A stretch of DNA of 63,652 bases, filler included, from Reticulomyxa filosa (lineage: Eukaryota; Protista; Foraminifera): assembly GCA_000512085.1 (NCBI GenBank). It is 22 parts of 22 records of this genome, joined end to end, with 100 filler letters (N's around TTAATTAATTAA, not from the genome) between each part and the next. Parts side by side here need not be neighbours in the genome. Positions count along the whole stretch, not along the records: positions 51,400 to 52,752 come from ASPP01007971.1; positions 52,853 to 55,285 come from ASPP01041140.1; positions 55,386 to 59,336 come from ASPP01021458.1; positions 59,437 to 60,950 come from ASPP01025973.1; positions 61,051 to 62,217 come from ASPP01011230.1; positions 62,318 to 63,652 come from ASPP01022395.1; 16 more parts are not named here. One strand, given 5' to 3'. The notes beneath the pieces were generated by a model that was not told the origin of the DNA, made no database searches, and saw nothing but the letters and a program-made list of their open reading frames with translations. A program made the position numbers and the translations under genes. Positions 51,412-63,652 of the stretch are shown piece after piece; positions within the stretch are counted from its first letter, which is position 1, and the number at the start of each line of letters is the position of its first letter.

Positions 51412-52711
51412 TATGGACATGATTTAGATCAAGATGACTGGGACGTTTTTGGGTGGCAAGGTTCACAAGAGAAGAAGGACAAAGAGATTGAATTGATTGC
51501 CAACAAGTTGTTGGAAGAGGTGAGCAAGAGCACGTTGGAAAAAAATATAGAACAATTGTTCGCCGATAGTTGCGTGATTCCTTTTTTGAAGGAATACCTG
51601 AAGAACGACAGTTTGCTGGATATATCGCAACACCACGAGTCGTTATACTTTACCCTTTATTCCATTTTGAAAAAGATGAGCCAGCATTTGTCGTTGCTCA
51701 ACTACTTCAATGACAAGTGTCCATCCCCTTCCACTTCCAACGTCACCTTGTATGACTTGCTGCGTCACATGCACGATATTGCCTCCGCAACTTCGAAACT
51801 TGTCCATCAAATCCCCGACAGCAGTTCCCCCGATACCGCATTGCAAACCATTGTCGAGTCCATCATGTCGACCTTTGAAACTGTCAGCAATGCCCTTCAT
51901 CAATTCCACCCAAAACAAAGTTTTGTTCTGTCTTTTTTCAATGGACGTATACTGACGTGCAAAAAAAAAAATTTTTTTTTTTTTTGCTTCCCTCTTTTGA
52001 ACACTTTAGATACGATGATGGAAGTGGACGAAAAGAACAAAGGTGACGAAAAACAGGAAGAAGTACCAATAAACTTGTATGAGACGACAATGAAAAAATA
52101 TCGATTTTTGGCAGTTGACAGTGAAGATAAGGCGTTTTTGGAAACACATCACTTCGCTTCAGAACCGACCGAAATTAACAAAACCTTTGTCTCTCGCTTG
52201 CGACTGGAATACGCCGAACTGAGCAAATCCTTGCCTATCCACGCAGATTCGAGTATCTTTATCCGTATTCACGAAAGTAAAATGCATTTTGCAAAGGTCC
52301 TAATTATACCCTGCGATGGCACACCTTACGGAGGAGGCTGCTTTATTTTTGGTTACCTTTTTTTATTTTTTATTTTTTCACCTCCTTTGCAAAGCAAAAA
52401 CGAAAAAACAAAACAAACAAATAAAAAATGGGCAAATAGATATATATTTTCCGCCAGACTATCCTCAGCGCTCTCCCAGTGTCAATTTGATGACAACTGG
52501 TAGACAGTCGGTAAGATTCAATCCCAATCTTTATGCCTGTGGTAAAGTTTGCCTCAGTTTATTGGGGACAGTTAATATCTTATATGCATGTTGTTTTTTT
52601 TTTCTTCCCCTCTCCTTTCAAGATAATAACAAAAAAAAAAAAATAATTTTTTTTTACTGCATGCTTAAAACAGTGGGATGGCGTGTCACAAGGAGAAAAT
52701 TGGATTCCTGG
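51412..52711 (+). CDS. BIRC6/BRUCE-like ubiquitin-conjugating (UBC) domain protein, partial
   Basis: [73 protein letters not shown] with the catalytic Cys. Confidence 0.88.
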
Positions 52712-52713
52712 TA

Positions 52714-52752
<39 letters not shown>

Positions 52753-52959
52753 NNNNNNNNNNNNNNNNNNNNNNNNNNNNNNNNNNNNNNNNNNNNTTAA
52801 TTAATTAANNNNNNNNNNNNNNNNNNNNNNNNNNNNNNNNNNNNNNNNNNNNTTTTTTTTTGTCATAACAACGTATACATTTTTTGTTTTGCTTGGAAAT
52901 GGCTTAGATGTGAAAGAGACCAGCACAATGTACAAATACAAAGAATTTTCGGTATTATT

Positions 52960-54050
52960 TGCGTTGAATAAGTGAATATTATTGCCATTTGAATGCATAC
53001 ATCGCATTTATGAGTCTCATTTCAAAACTCGAGTGCCAGACCACATTGAGTCACGTATCCGATCCATGTGGTACACTATCATATGTGGCGTGGGCTATGG
53101 CCACTATGAAGGGAAACTAAAAAAAAAGATAGCGAGTCGATGCGCAGAGCAACACTCCAAACAAACGTATAAAAACGAATGATTTAGATGGACGGCAATG
53201 GAAAAAGAAATATAGATTGAGTTGTTGGCCACTGAAACACGCCCTTTGCATGGCGTTGATACACTTGACAAAGACAAACATACATATATACATATATATA
53301 AAGTGACACAGTTGTCTAGAGGACACATTAAAAAGAAATTAAAACGCTTGCCATCTCTCTTCCTCTTTTTCCTCGCAGTGTTCACATGGAACTTTGGTCA
53401 GTGTGTTGAAACACTGTGTCACTCCAAATAAATTGATTTTGAAAGTTTGGAGTCTATGTTTAAATATATGTTTGGTCCATATTCCTGATTATGCATTGTT
53501 TATTTGTTGGTGAAAAAATTTATAGATACAAGTGCCTCTGGAAGACTATATTGGTCACTGGGAAGAATTGATTATATATGAAGACGAAGAAATAGAAGTG
53601 GTAAATAAGCCTTTAAGGGGGGATGAGTGTGCATTTGTCTGAAAGCAATGACAAGTATTGAGACAATGCATTGCTGGACATACTTTGAAAATAGTCCCAG
53701 ATTTGCACAAGTGTATCCAAAACGATACGTTGACGTTAGAGCAGCAGGCGCAAATGTTACCTCTGCATATGACACCCCGAATTAAGCCATTATATGGACC
53801 GTCAAGCGAGAGGATTGATGATGTTTGGTAAATCTTTTTTTACTATCAAAGGATCTCTCGATACATGGAACAACTTTAACAACAACAATATTATGCGTAG
53901 TGAGTGTCTTATTTTCTGTCATGGCTCCTTCATACCATTGCAATACGCCGACAATTTGTTACAGTTTAGTGCAATCAAGCACTGGTGATGAGCTCGATGA
54001 ATTAGAAAAGGAAAATATAAAAAAAAGGTTTGTAAAAATCAAGAAATAAT
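52960..54050 (+). pseudogene. Decayed gene fragment of unidentified family
   Basis: Protein-like frame IQVPLEDYIGHWEELIIYEDEEIEVV...KPLYGPSSERIDDVW with several in-frame stops. Confidence 0.45.
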
Positions 54051-55385
54051 GCAATGACGGAACAAGTGCTTATTCTGATCTCAATCGTCTCAAAGACAAA
54101 CAAAAAATATAACGTGGTACCAAAAAGAAAGAAATTGGTTTAACGAAAATTGGCTGTGCCCTCATTCACCACTTGACACAACTGTGGAGTTGGAAGATGG
54201 AAAAACAAACACAATAAAAACTGAGCAAAGAAGATGATGATTGACAATATATTTCAAGTTTTTTTAAGGTTGAAAAATTTGAAATCAATGTAGTGAAATA
54301 TGTTAATCATCGTTGCAATGAAACCTTTGAAAAAAATGAAAAAATAGTCGATAAGCTGCTTCACAATTGTCACAACATGAAGGAAACACATGCTCTCTTA
54401 TGTTAATTGTTACGTGGAAACGTCAAGAGCACATCAAATACGTTTGCGATCATCTTGTTTATAATATACACTTCTTATTTAATCATCATTCTTGTTATTG
54501 TCCATACGCAGAGCACAGTATAAAATAATTTAGATATTTTAATGTATTATTGTTATGTGAGGTTATCATTAAATGTTAACCACGCTACTAGTGTCAATTG
54601 ATGACATTTGTAGTTACTTTCGATATCCAAAAATGAATGATTTTATCATGTAATAAAAAACAAATGGCATTACAATTGTCATCGTTGTTGGTATCTTCAT
54701 TCTCATTCGTATCTTCTTTTTCTGTCCTTTTTTAGAGTCCTTTGTTAAGTTCGTGGCCAAAGAATTTGCATATCTTCCTAACTTCCAATCACCAATATAC
54801 TGCATTTTTGCTAAATTCAGACTCTACTTCTTCTTCCTCCTTTTCTTTTTCTTTGTCGTCTTCTTGTTTCTTTTGTTATACGTTCTTCTTGTCATCTACC
54901 CCTATATGACGGCAGAAGATACTTACTACTAAAAGCCTTTTTTACCAGGAATAGTGGTAAGACCTATGTAATATACATGTGTATTGATCATACATATTTT
55001 AATCACATCATAAAAAAACATTCTAACTTGGAATATCGTCGTGTTGATTGTATTGTACACCTATCTGTGATTTTTCATCTATTTTCTTGTGTTTGATATA
55101 AAACATTCTCCCATTGATGATAATTCCGAAAAAGAGGGACTTCTTTCTTTTTCGGCAATTGTTTTAGTTTTACAGAGAAGTGCATTGGAGACGGAATCCT
55201 CAAAAGCGAGCTTCATGTTGTATATTTTTGGCTTGCTAGGCTGTTTGAAGAGAGAAGAATCAAACCACATTTGTAATGTTCAAGANNNNNNNNNNNNNNN
55301 NNNNNNNNNNNNNNNNNNNNNNNNNNNNNTTAATTAATTAANNNNNNNNNNNNNNNNNNNNNNNNNNNNNNNNNNNNNNNNNNNN

Positions 55386-55420
<35 letters not shown>

Positions 55421-55475
55421 AAAAAAAATGGATTATTTGATGAAACGTTTTGTGTAAATTGAAATGGAAAAATAG

Positions 55476-55811
55476 AGCTCAAACAAAAAAAAAACCAAAA
55501 TCATTGAAGTTGGACTGGCTCAACGAAAAGGAAAAAAAAAAGTTACAATTGTCAGTGGATTGGTGGAACTGGGAATGCGAGAAAAAACTGCTCAAAGCGC
55601 TTTCCGAAAAAGATTTGCCACTGGCGTTGGGGTGGATAAAGACAAAGCCACTGGCAAAGTTGAAGTTGTCATTCAAGGAGATGTCCGATATGAAATGATC
55701 AAATTTTTACATGAAACTTACAAAGTTCCTCCAAAATTGCTCTTTTATCGAACAAAAAGTGGGGTAGAACCAGCCTTTGCTCCTGAAGGATTCATTTATC
55801 CCCCTCCATGA
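55476..55811 (+). CDS. DENR: DENR/Tma22 translation re-initiation factor, C-terminal SUI1 domain
   Basis: QRKGKKKVTIVSGL...AFRKRFATGVGV...EVVIQGDV; stop at 55809-55811. Confidence 0.75.
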   Translation, partial: SSNKKKTKIIEVGLAQRKGKKKVTIVSGLVELGMREKTAQSAFRKRFATGVGVDKDKATGKVEVVIQGDVRYEMIKFLHETYKVPPKLLFYRTKSGVEPAFAPEGFIYPPP

Positions 55812-57886
55812 TTCGTTTTTTCCCTCACAACGTCGATTGATAGAAAAGAATATACCATTTAAAAAAAGTTTTTTGGTTGTTCAATCAATAATACATTAGT
55901 GTTGAGTTATAAATGGCTGATGGAGCGTGGGTCAACTTCACTCCTTTTTCATAGCAATTGTTTCGGCAAAATCGAATGTAAGTGTTGAACATCAAATTTG
56001 TCCTATTTGTGCTGCACCACAAACGTATCAATATTTTTGCAACTTTTCAAATGTTACGCAAAAGGTTTTATTCAAATCAAATTTTAAAAATTAAATACAT
56101 TTCCAAGAAAAGATATTTTTGTTTGGGTACACTTTGTGAAATTCACAAATTTTGATTATGTCTTGCTTGTTATGCAACAATTTTTTGTGAATTATTATAT
56201 AAATTTTTTGTCGAACAAACAACTTCAAAAAGAATGTGATCTTGTTATTATAAATATAGTTTTTTTACTAATTTATAAATAAAAAATATTTATAAAATTC
56301 AAAAAGAATTTCAATAAATATAGAATGACAATCATGCTTATATTTGATTTGTATATATTTTTTATAATAAAAAAAATAAATACATGAAATACAATCTATT
56401 TCAACAATATTTTCTACTTAATCAATCATAAAATCAGCTTTAAAATTTAAATATATCGACTCCACAAAAATCAGCACATGCATTACACTTTTTAGAATTT
56501 TTTAAAGATATACATGAAAAAGCATTAAACCAAATAATAATGAAATTCCTTATTCTATTATTAAAGATTAATTAAGTAAACAATATCAATTGTTGATTAG
56601 AAAAATAAATAAAAAAATTTTTCAATAGATAGTAACAAAAAATTATAGAAAAAATGCAACATTATAAGTGAAATTCAAAAGTATTGCCAAGTACGAAAAC
56701 AAAAGTGAAAATCAAGTCTGTTAAATCATTTCTCACTTTACTCGCACATAGTAATACAAATTTTTAACAATGGAAAATTTTAATGTTTCAAACCCGAAAG
56801 AAAAAGATAAACAAACTCTACTATATTTGTAGCAAAATTGGATTTATTAATATGATCACATATGGAAAATCTTCCAAGCAACAATTGTTGACATTTTGCG
56901 CAATTAATCTCGTCAAAAGTTAAAGGATCAATTGAGGAAGAGTAGCACATACCAACACAACAGCCACGTTTACAGTCTACCCGTACTAATAACAAAAACT
57001 TATAATCAATTTTACAACAACTGTATGAACCTTTTTTGTTTCAATCTTTTTCAAAAAGACCTAGAAAGCGCTTGATACAGTTGAAAATTTAAGATTGATC
57101 TTACGACTTATCAATGGATTTAATTTTGCTTTTTTCTTGCAAATCCACCAAGGCTTAATATGTCATAAGATTTTCATCTCCAATAGGCGAATGGATCAAA
57201 TACAAATTAAAATAGTTTAATTCGCTGATTGACAGCAGAAATTATTGTATTAAATCTATCTTCTCGACCCACTTTTTTGGTATTTTTTATCATCAAATTA
57301 TTTTTCAATTTTTAAATATGCTCAGTGTAAGGATCGAATTGCTACTTTAAGATACAAAAGTGTAATACGAAAATGTTGCTCTCTTGAAAGCTTTTTTAGC
57401 AAAAAAATAAAATAGTAACAAAGAAACAGTATAAGGAAGTCTATAATCTATTTATATTAATTATGTACATACGATAATAGCACAGTACATTGTACCAAAA
57501 ACTGTTATAGCATATGAAATATTAGTGATATAGTATTAGTACATATTATTGCATCGTATTAATCAAACTGCACTTATATGTATTTGAATTTTTTAGTTTA
57601 AAATAGAATGTTTGTTTTATTCTATTAATTTGTAGTAACTGTAGTTAATTGAAATCTACGACTTGCTTTTTTACGAAAAATCCTGTTAGGATTAATATGT
57701 GCAAATTATTCCTAATTGCGATTTGCATCTCTAAAAAGTAAAACGTCAATTGTATAAATCGAAAATTCAAGGTTAGAAACAAAAAGAAAAATTTTTTTTT
57801 TTGGCTTCGTTTTAATGAAATCTGAAAAAAAAATGTTGTACATTTTTAATTGATCCTCATCTCAAATGAACACTAAAGCTTGTGCA

Positions 57887-59270
57887 TTAAGGGTTGAAGG
57901 GCCATTTTTTAATGTGAAGTGGTTGCCGGATGCTTTTTCGTTCTATGGAATCAATAAACGCTGCAGCAAATTCTTTTTTGAACTTGAGGTAAGTGAGTTC
58001 GTTATTGCCCGGCTGGAGTGTTCTTAAATCAAACTTGTCATTCCAAACGGATGCACCATTCATCGCTTTAAAGACTTGTTCAACCGTGACTTTAGCCCCT
58101 TTTGCCCGCATTATACGCGTTGTATGTACAGCTTTTCGAACTTTCTTCCATTTTGTTAAGTTCTTGGCGTCATCGAGGCTCCACTGCGCGAGTAACATTG
58201 CAAACTCGGGGAAACTTTGCGTAATTTTCTGATAAATTTAATATTGTACAAAAGGAATCACAATCAGTGCCCAGAGCCATTGAACTTTAATCCCTTTATG
58301 TACATATACGTATATAATAAAAATAATAACTTTTAATGCCCAGGCAGTAAGAATAAGTAACTCGCAATGTGTGCTGCAACGAACAGAAGCACGTCTTCTG
58401 GCGTTATATTCAAACAATTGATCCCCAAAGCAATCCCCATCTTTGTAACGATGCAATGACTTTCCCTCTTTGTCCAGTTCTTCTAAATCTCCTCTGACCA
58501 CGAAAAATACTTCCAGTGCCCTCTCTCCAATCAAAAATACAGTTTCGTTGGGTAAATAAATTCGAGTGATCAACTGATGGACCAATATCAGCAACAGCGT
58601 TTTCGGCAATTCTTTGAAGCAGTCCATTTTTTGCAGTAATGGCTGGTTTATCTCTAAAAAAAGTTGCTCTTTTAACACTGTGTGGACGTCTTGTAAAATT
58701 TTCTCATCGTGTCCACTGATATGTCGAGTGTGGCAATATTCGTAATATAAAAAAAAAAAAAAAAATTTATTTTTTTTTTTGCCAAAGGTGAAAACCAAAA
58801 AAAAAAAAAGGGGAAAAGAAAGAGAAAAGAAATTTCAAAAAAAAAAAAAAAAAGAAAACTGTAGTATACGTTCTGTCAAGTCGGAACTGACAGCTCTTTG
58901 TCGTAAATACTCTTGAACAACACTTGTTCTCTCTTGTCTCTTTCCTCCAGGCGTGTCCATGGATCGCAGCAGTGAAGTGATACTACCAACGATGACAGCG
59001 TACATGAGCATGCCCACGATAACGACAAGTGTGGTGAACACATACTGCACGTTTGTCGTTGGAGTGTTGATGCTGCCAACCCCCGTGCTCGAGACTATCG
59101 CCCAAAAATAGGCCCGCAAGTACTGTGAGAGAAAGGAACGTTGCAATACGTTTTTAGTAGGCGTCCAGCTGACCGTATTCAAATCGTCCGCAAACCCTTG
59201 GTTCTTTGCAATTAGCCAATACAAACATCCTATCCAATGCCATTGCAACAAAAGAAACCCTATCAATTTA
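57887..59270 (-). CDS. Cyclic-nucleotide-binding-domain ion channel (CNG/HCN/EAG superfamily), 3' part
   Basis: WHWIGCLYW (S5), QYLRAYFWAIVSSTGVG (pore), MYAVIVGSI (S6), C-linker, and CNBD YLPNETVFLIGE...FFVVRG...GDCFGD...RRASVR. Confidence 0.88.
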
Positions 59271-59436
59271 CATAATCGAACTACGGCCAGCTATGTATGT
59301 ACATATATATATATTTATATACGATTTTTTTTTTTTNNNNNNNNNNNNNNNNNNNNNNNNNNNNNNNNNNNNNNNNNNNNTTAATTAATTAANNNNNNNN
59401 NNNNNNNNNNNNNNNNNNNNNNNNNNNNNNNNNNNN

Positions 59437-60950
59437 TTGTGTGGAGCAAAATGCAAAGACTGTTATTTCCAATGTTTGCTTAGACAGGCACATCAATGGA
59501 ACGGTGAGCACAATTGTTTGGGGTCACATCAATGCGATCAACCGTGTGGCCGCTGTAAGCAAAACGAAGCCGAAACAAAAGAAGACGTCTTACCATGTCA
59601 ATTGCAATCGGGTCATGAGATGCCCCATAATTGTCGTGATAGAAACCATACGTGTGGTAAGGATTGCTCATTGAAGCAATATGGTCATTGCTATGAAAAA
59701 TGTGGCTTGGAATTTGGACAAAGCAGCGAAGCAGCTTGTATTTGCAATAGCATTATCCATTACTGCAATCAAAACTGCTCTTTGTCTGAATGTCCAAACA
59801 AATGTGAAATCGACTATACCAAGGAGCATACGAGGCATGAGTGCTTTGAAAAACGGTGCACAAAGCGTTGCGAAATACCTTCTTGCGGTATAAAATGCAA
59901 ACACATACACAAACAATTTGTTTTGTAGCTAATGTATAAAAGGTTAAAGTTTGGTCTGCATTTAGAGGCAACATGCGATTGCAATGGTGGTCATTTCCAT
60001 GACATGGACATGAAAGATGAAAAAAAAATTGAGAGCGGAATGGTCCCCTTCCATTGTTGTTCAGAAAGACATCAGTGTCCGCATGAATGTCAAGAAGACG
60101 GGAATTGCAAAGTGGAGTATAAACGTGTGGTAAATGAAACAAAAATATTTAAGCCAAAGACTGCCGGAGCCAAACCGTTTGAATACGAGTTGCTCATTTC
60201 TGCTAATGGTGGAAAGCGGCAATGCAGTCAAGTGTTGCCCAAATATAAAAGAACGCACGAAGGACAACACAAATGCACGATGCTAGTCCACACTTGTCTA
60301 AACACTTGTCGAGCTTGTGGCTACTATTGTATCAAGCGATTTAAACACATGGGCGCACATACCACTGTCCACGGCAACATGTCGAATTGCACACTTATAG
60401 TAGAAGGCAATACCTCGGTGAAATTCAACAAACAAACGAAACAGATAACGAATCCCGTCACACAGATTGAAAAAGAAGTTGTTGAAAATACAGTTCGAGT
60501 GTATACCACTGGGGATACTGCAGAGGCCGAAATTTGTGATTTCTTTTGCGAGAAAATGGGGCAAGGACATTTCCATTTGATCGAATGCAACAAACAAGGG
60601 GATGAAAGCTGCGATGTCATGGAGACAGTTGGTAATGAAACTTATTACATACGAAGACATGCAAGCCCTGAGGAATGCGGAGGAAGAAAAGACTTGGACA
60701 AAGTGACGCACAAGTATTATTGAGAAAAGTGCTTGAAATTTGAGGATCGTTGTAAACTTTCGGCTCGAAAGCAATTTGAGAGATGCAATCATTTTTGTCC
60801 TCATCCCGGTCATGAGACCATCAAGGATGAACGTAATGAGGTCAATAAATCTTATTGCATAGAAAGGCTATGGCATAACCCTGTCACAGAACAAAAGGAT
60901 AGCTCTATTGTTATGGACGGTCATGTCTTCACGTGCCATCACCCTTTTGG
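59437..60950 (+). pseudogene. Cys/His-rich repeat region of a large (VLIG-GTPase/vWA-associated type) protein with one in-frame TGA
   Basis: Continuous Cys/His-rich frame, clean intron at 59888-59964, single TGA at 60721-60723, frame continuing to the contig end. Confidence 0.55.
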
Positions 60951-61050
60951 NNNNNNNNNNNNNNNNNNNNNNNNNNNNNNNNNNNNNNNNNNNNTTAATT
61001 AATTAANNNNNNNNNNNNNNNNNNNNNNNNNNNNNNNNNNNNNNNNNNNN

Positions 61051-61091
<41 letters not shown>

Positions 61092-61136
61092 TGTCCCTCA
61101 CATAAACACGTTTGTCTGTTTCGATATGTCCAGGAA

Positions 61137-62217
61137 TGAAACAATGGTCAGCCAAGGCTCTTTCTTGTCTACCCGATAACTTGACCACAAATGAAGAAAA
61201 CGCAGCAAGCTTTTTGCTTTGGTTCATCAGTCAATATCCAAATCGATTGCAACACATTGAGGAAATATCATTTTCCATTGTCAATGAATTCCATGCCAAC
61301 AAAGGCACGTGGGAGACATTGGCTGTTCCTTTATTTGTGTCAATGTCGTCTCCTTCGACGCCGGAGCTAGGCTTCAATTGGCTGCAGGGTCTTCAACCAG
61401 GCGAGACTACGGCGGATCACTTGTTCACTGGCGTGGGCTCGATGAAGACAAACGACTTGAACATCGTTCAAGATCTCTTTGGCCACAATCTGCAAAAGCA
61501 ATTAATATCATTGAAAGCAAGTCACGGTCACAATGACAACGACTTCAATCCTTGTCACGGCTATGTTTCCATTTGCGATAGTCACAGCTTTCCCAATTTC
61601 GTAATCACCGACAACGCCGATCAGACTGTTCACATCAATCACGTCAACGACTCCAGTTTTTTCCCGGAGGGAAATGCCATTAAAAATGAATCCTCCACGA
61701 CTGCCAATATCACTATTCCATTGCGGATCGAGCCAAATGCATCGCTTTCCGTTCCGCAGTTCATTTCAGAGGACAAAAAAAAAAACAGCTCGAGGACAAA
61801 GCCGAGAAAGCGGAGAAACAAAAGATGCAACAAATCAATCCGATAATTCAAACCAAATGTACCAATCATTTGATGACATGGAAAAAAAATAAACCAAAGA
61901 AAAAAATTCACAAAACTCCAAATGCCGAACTCTCGTTGTTGAGTGCTAATAATATCCCCATGACACGCTCCAAACGGCTGCGACTGCGGAGAGGAACAAG
62001 TGCCGGTCAACAGTATGTAAATGAAAACCAAGCTGAAATTGCCTATTTCGGCTGTCCACATTGTGACAAGAAATACACAAGCAAAGGGGCATTGCGAGAA
62101 CACGTACAGACCATTCACGAAGGACATGCACCACATCGATGTAATTATTGTGACAAGAAATTTGGCCGCAAAAACTATTTGACTATTCATTGTATACTTT
62201 ACCTTTTTAAAAAAAAA
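61137..62217 (+). CDS. C2H2 zinc-finger protein (partial; frame breaks at A-homopolymers)
   Basis: CPHCDKKYTSKGALREHVQTIH and CNYCDKKFGRKNYLTIH fingers. Confidence 0.8.
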
Positions 62218-62317
62218 NNNNNNNNNNNNNNNNNNNNNNNNNNNNNNNNNNNNNNNNNNNNTTAATTAATTAANNNNNNNNNNNNNNNNNNNNNNNNNNN
62301 NNNNNNNNNNNNNNNNN

Positions 62318-62396
62318 AATGTTTGTTTTTCATTAAGAAAATCTACCATCTTCATAAGGTGACATTTTAAGTGTTCAGTTTTTGCAATATACTGTA
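62318..62396 (+). mobile_element. Second copy of the Tc1/mariner-like terminal sequence ending ACTG|TA
   Basis: Colinear similarity to 38137-38218 (ATAAGGT..CATTTTA.GTGT...TTTGCA.T.TACTGTATA). Confidence 0.55.
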
Positions 62397-63081
62397 TACA
62401 TCATGCGAGTCCACTTGAAATTATACACTCAATAGAGGAAATACATTTAAGTCATTTGAATAAACATGTTGATAATGTCGATAATCAAAAAGTCTTTTTC
62501 AATATTGGATTCACATGCTCAACATGATCCACTTCTTTCTAAATCAGGTCATACGCATACTGATATTTTCGACTCAACAAGCCCTTTGCTCTTTATATCT
62601 ATATCTACCTTTTGTTAATACATTGCATTTTGCTTGTTTGAACAGAAATATCTATCACAATTGAAACTCAATCAAATAAGAAAAAAGATTTTTTAAAAAT
62701 AATACAAATTTTTATAATCTTATTTTAGATTAGAAATGAATGAATATTTATCGTTTATCTCACGTTTTTTAAAAAAACAAATCTCCTACTAATATACTTT
62801 GTCATTTTAGTTATTATTGTATTATGCCATCTCATCGCACTGCAACTTTTTTTTTTTTGTGTCTGTCCTGATATTATGAAAGTAAAATTTTACTAAAAAA
62901 TATCGTCAATTTATTCTGTTCTTAATTGTGCGCTTTGGCACGAACACCGAAAGCACGTCTGGTTTTGCAAGTTAGATATGATTTCCCCTTTTTAATTGAA
63001 ACACAATCATTTTTGACCAGATCAAATATTTTTGCATTGAGGAAAAACAGACTTGTTTCTATTAACGCTACCAAGACAAAA

Positions 63082-63576
63082 ATGAGTAGGGATAGTGACA
63101 ATAGCAGTAGTGAAAACAATCAAAGCAAGTTGCATTGTAAAGTGTCGATTCCGAAGCAATGGAAAAATAGTGAGTACATATTTCCAAACAAGTACTATCG
63201 ATTTCACGTTGAATTAGAAGACAAGTAATTGAGAATGGAGAGTACGATCTTATTAGAAATGTACTGTAGCGATGCAAATGGACAGGGATTGAGAATGAAT
63301 ACTTTGACGTGAACCCATTGACCACAGAGTCGAGTGAGCGACAATACAAAATAAAAGTGAACCGACAACATGCGATCTCAATCAAGGCCGATCTTATTTT
63401 GGAACGACTCCACCGAAAGTCGTCACTGTAGTATAGCCTTTGATGTATCCATCTACAAATTGTTCATACATCATAACGATAATCCATTTCAGCTAATATT
63501 TTATTTCGATAAGAGGCTGATATGTACCACAGTCAGTGTACGAGTCATGTTAAGTGATATAATCTCTCAATTTTGA
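63082..63576 (+). pseudogene. Frameshifted gene remnant of unknown family
   Basis: Protein-like segments in three frames with internal stops. Confidence 0.35.
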
Positions 63577-63652
63577 TTGTGTGACAATTATTATTTATTT
63601 ATGTTTGGTTTTTTTTTTTTTTTTTTTTTTTTTTTGTTTTAAAAAAAAAAAA

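Noticed and set aside
57678-57730. Small inverted repeats (AATCCT/AGGATT, TGCAAAT/ATTTGCA)
   Set aside because: Short AT-rich stems of this kind are expected by chance in a 3' flank.
60721-60723. Alternative genetic code (TGA=Trp)
   Set aside because: Conserved Trp positions elsewhere use TGG, and genes such as DENR and the NOX-like gene terminate at TGA.
61770-61895. Apparent programmed frameshifts in the zinc-finger gene
   Set aside because: Both frame breaks fall in long A homopolymers, most simply explained by sequencing error or an unrecognised intron.

Overview
This window is not one locus. It is 22 short contigs joined by an artificial 100-bp linker (44 N + TTAATTAATTAA + 44 N). Almost all contigs are AT-rich eukaryotic DNA with short GT-AG introns full of poly-A/poly-T and many decayed gene copies. 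The style resembles a foraminiferan such as Reticulomyxa, but that is inference. Recognisable genes: DOMON, CRAL-TRIO, 2-oxoacid dehydrogenase E2 (DBT-like), MCM6, three kinases, eL22, a dienelactone-hydrolase homolog, a polycystin-like GPS protein, a BIRC6-like E2, DENR, a CNBD channel and a C2H2 zinc-finger protein, plus Tc1 and LINE remnants. One contig (16949-18687) is bacterial, with IS5, IS3 and a replication-initiator-like ORF. Three candidates for new biology stand out. (1) An intact 5-exon gene (28810-31020) fusing SH3, a PxxPxK motif, a p22phox-like membrane block and a NOX-type bis-heme domain, with no dehydrogenase domain. (2) A RelA/SpoT-like nucleotidyltransferase domain behind a Zn-ribbon in a probable NLR/STAND-type protein (9646-11267). 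(3) An unassigned, highly structured ~275-nt Pol III-like ncRNA (44047-44321). All family assignments come from motif recognition by eye; no searches were run.
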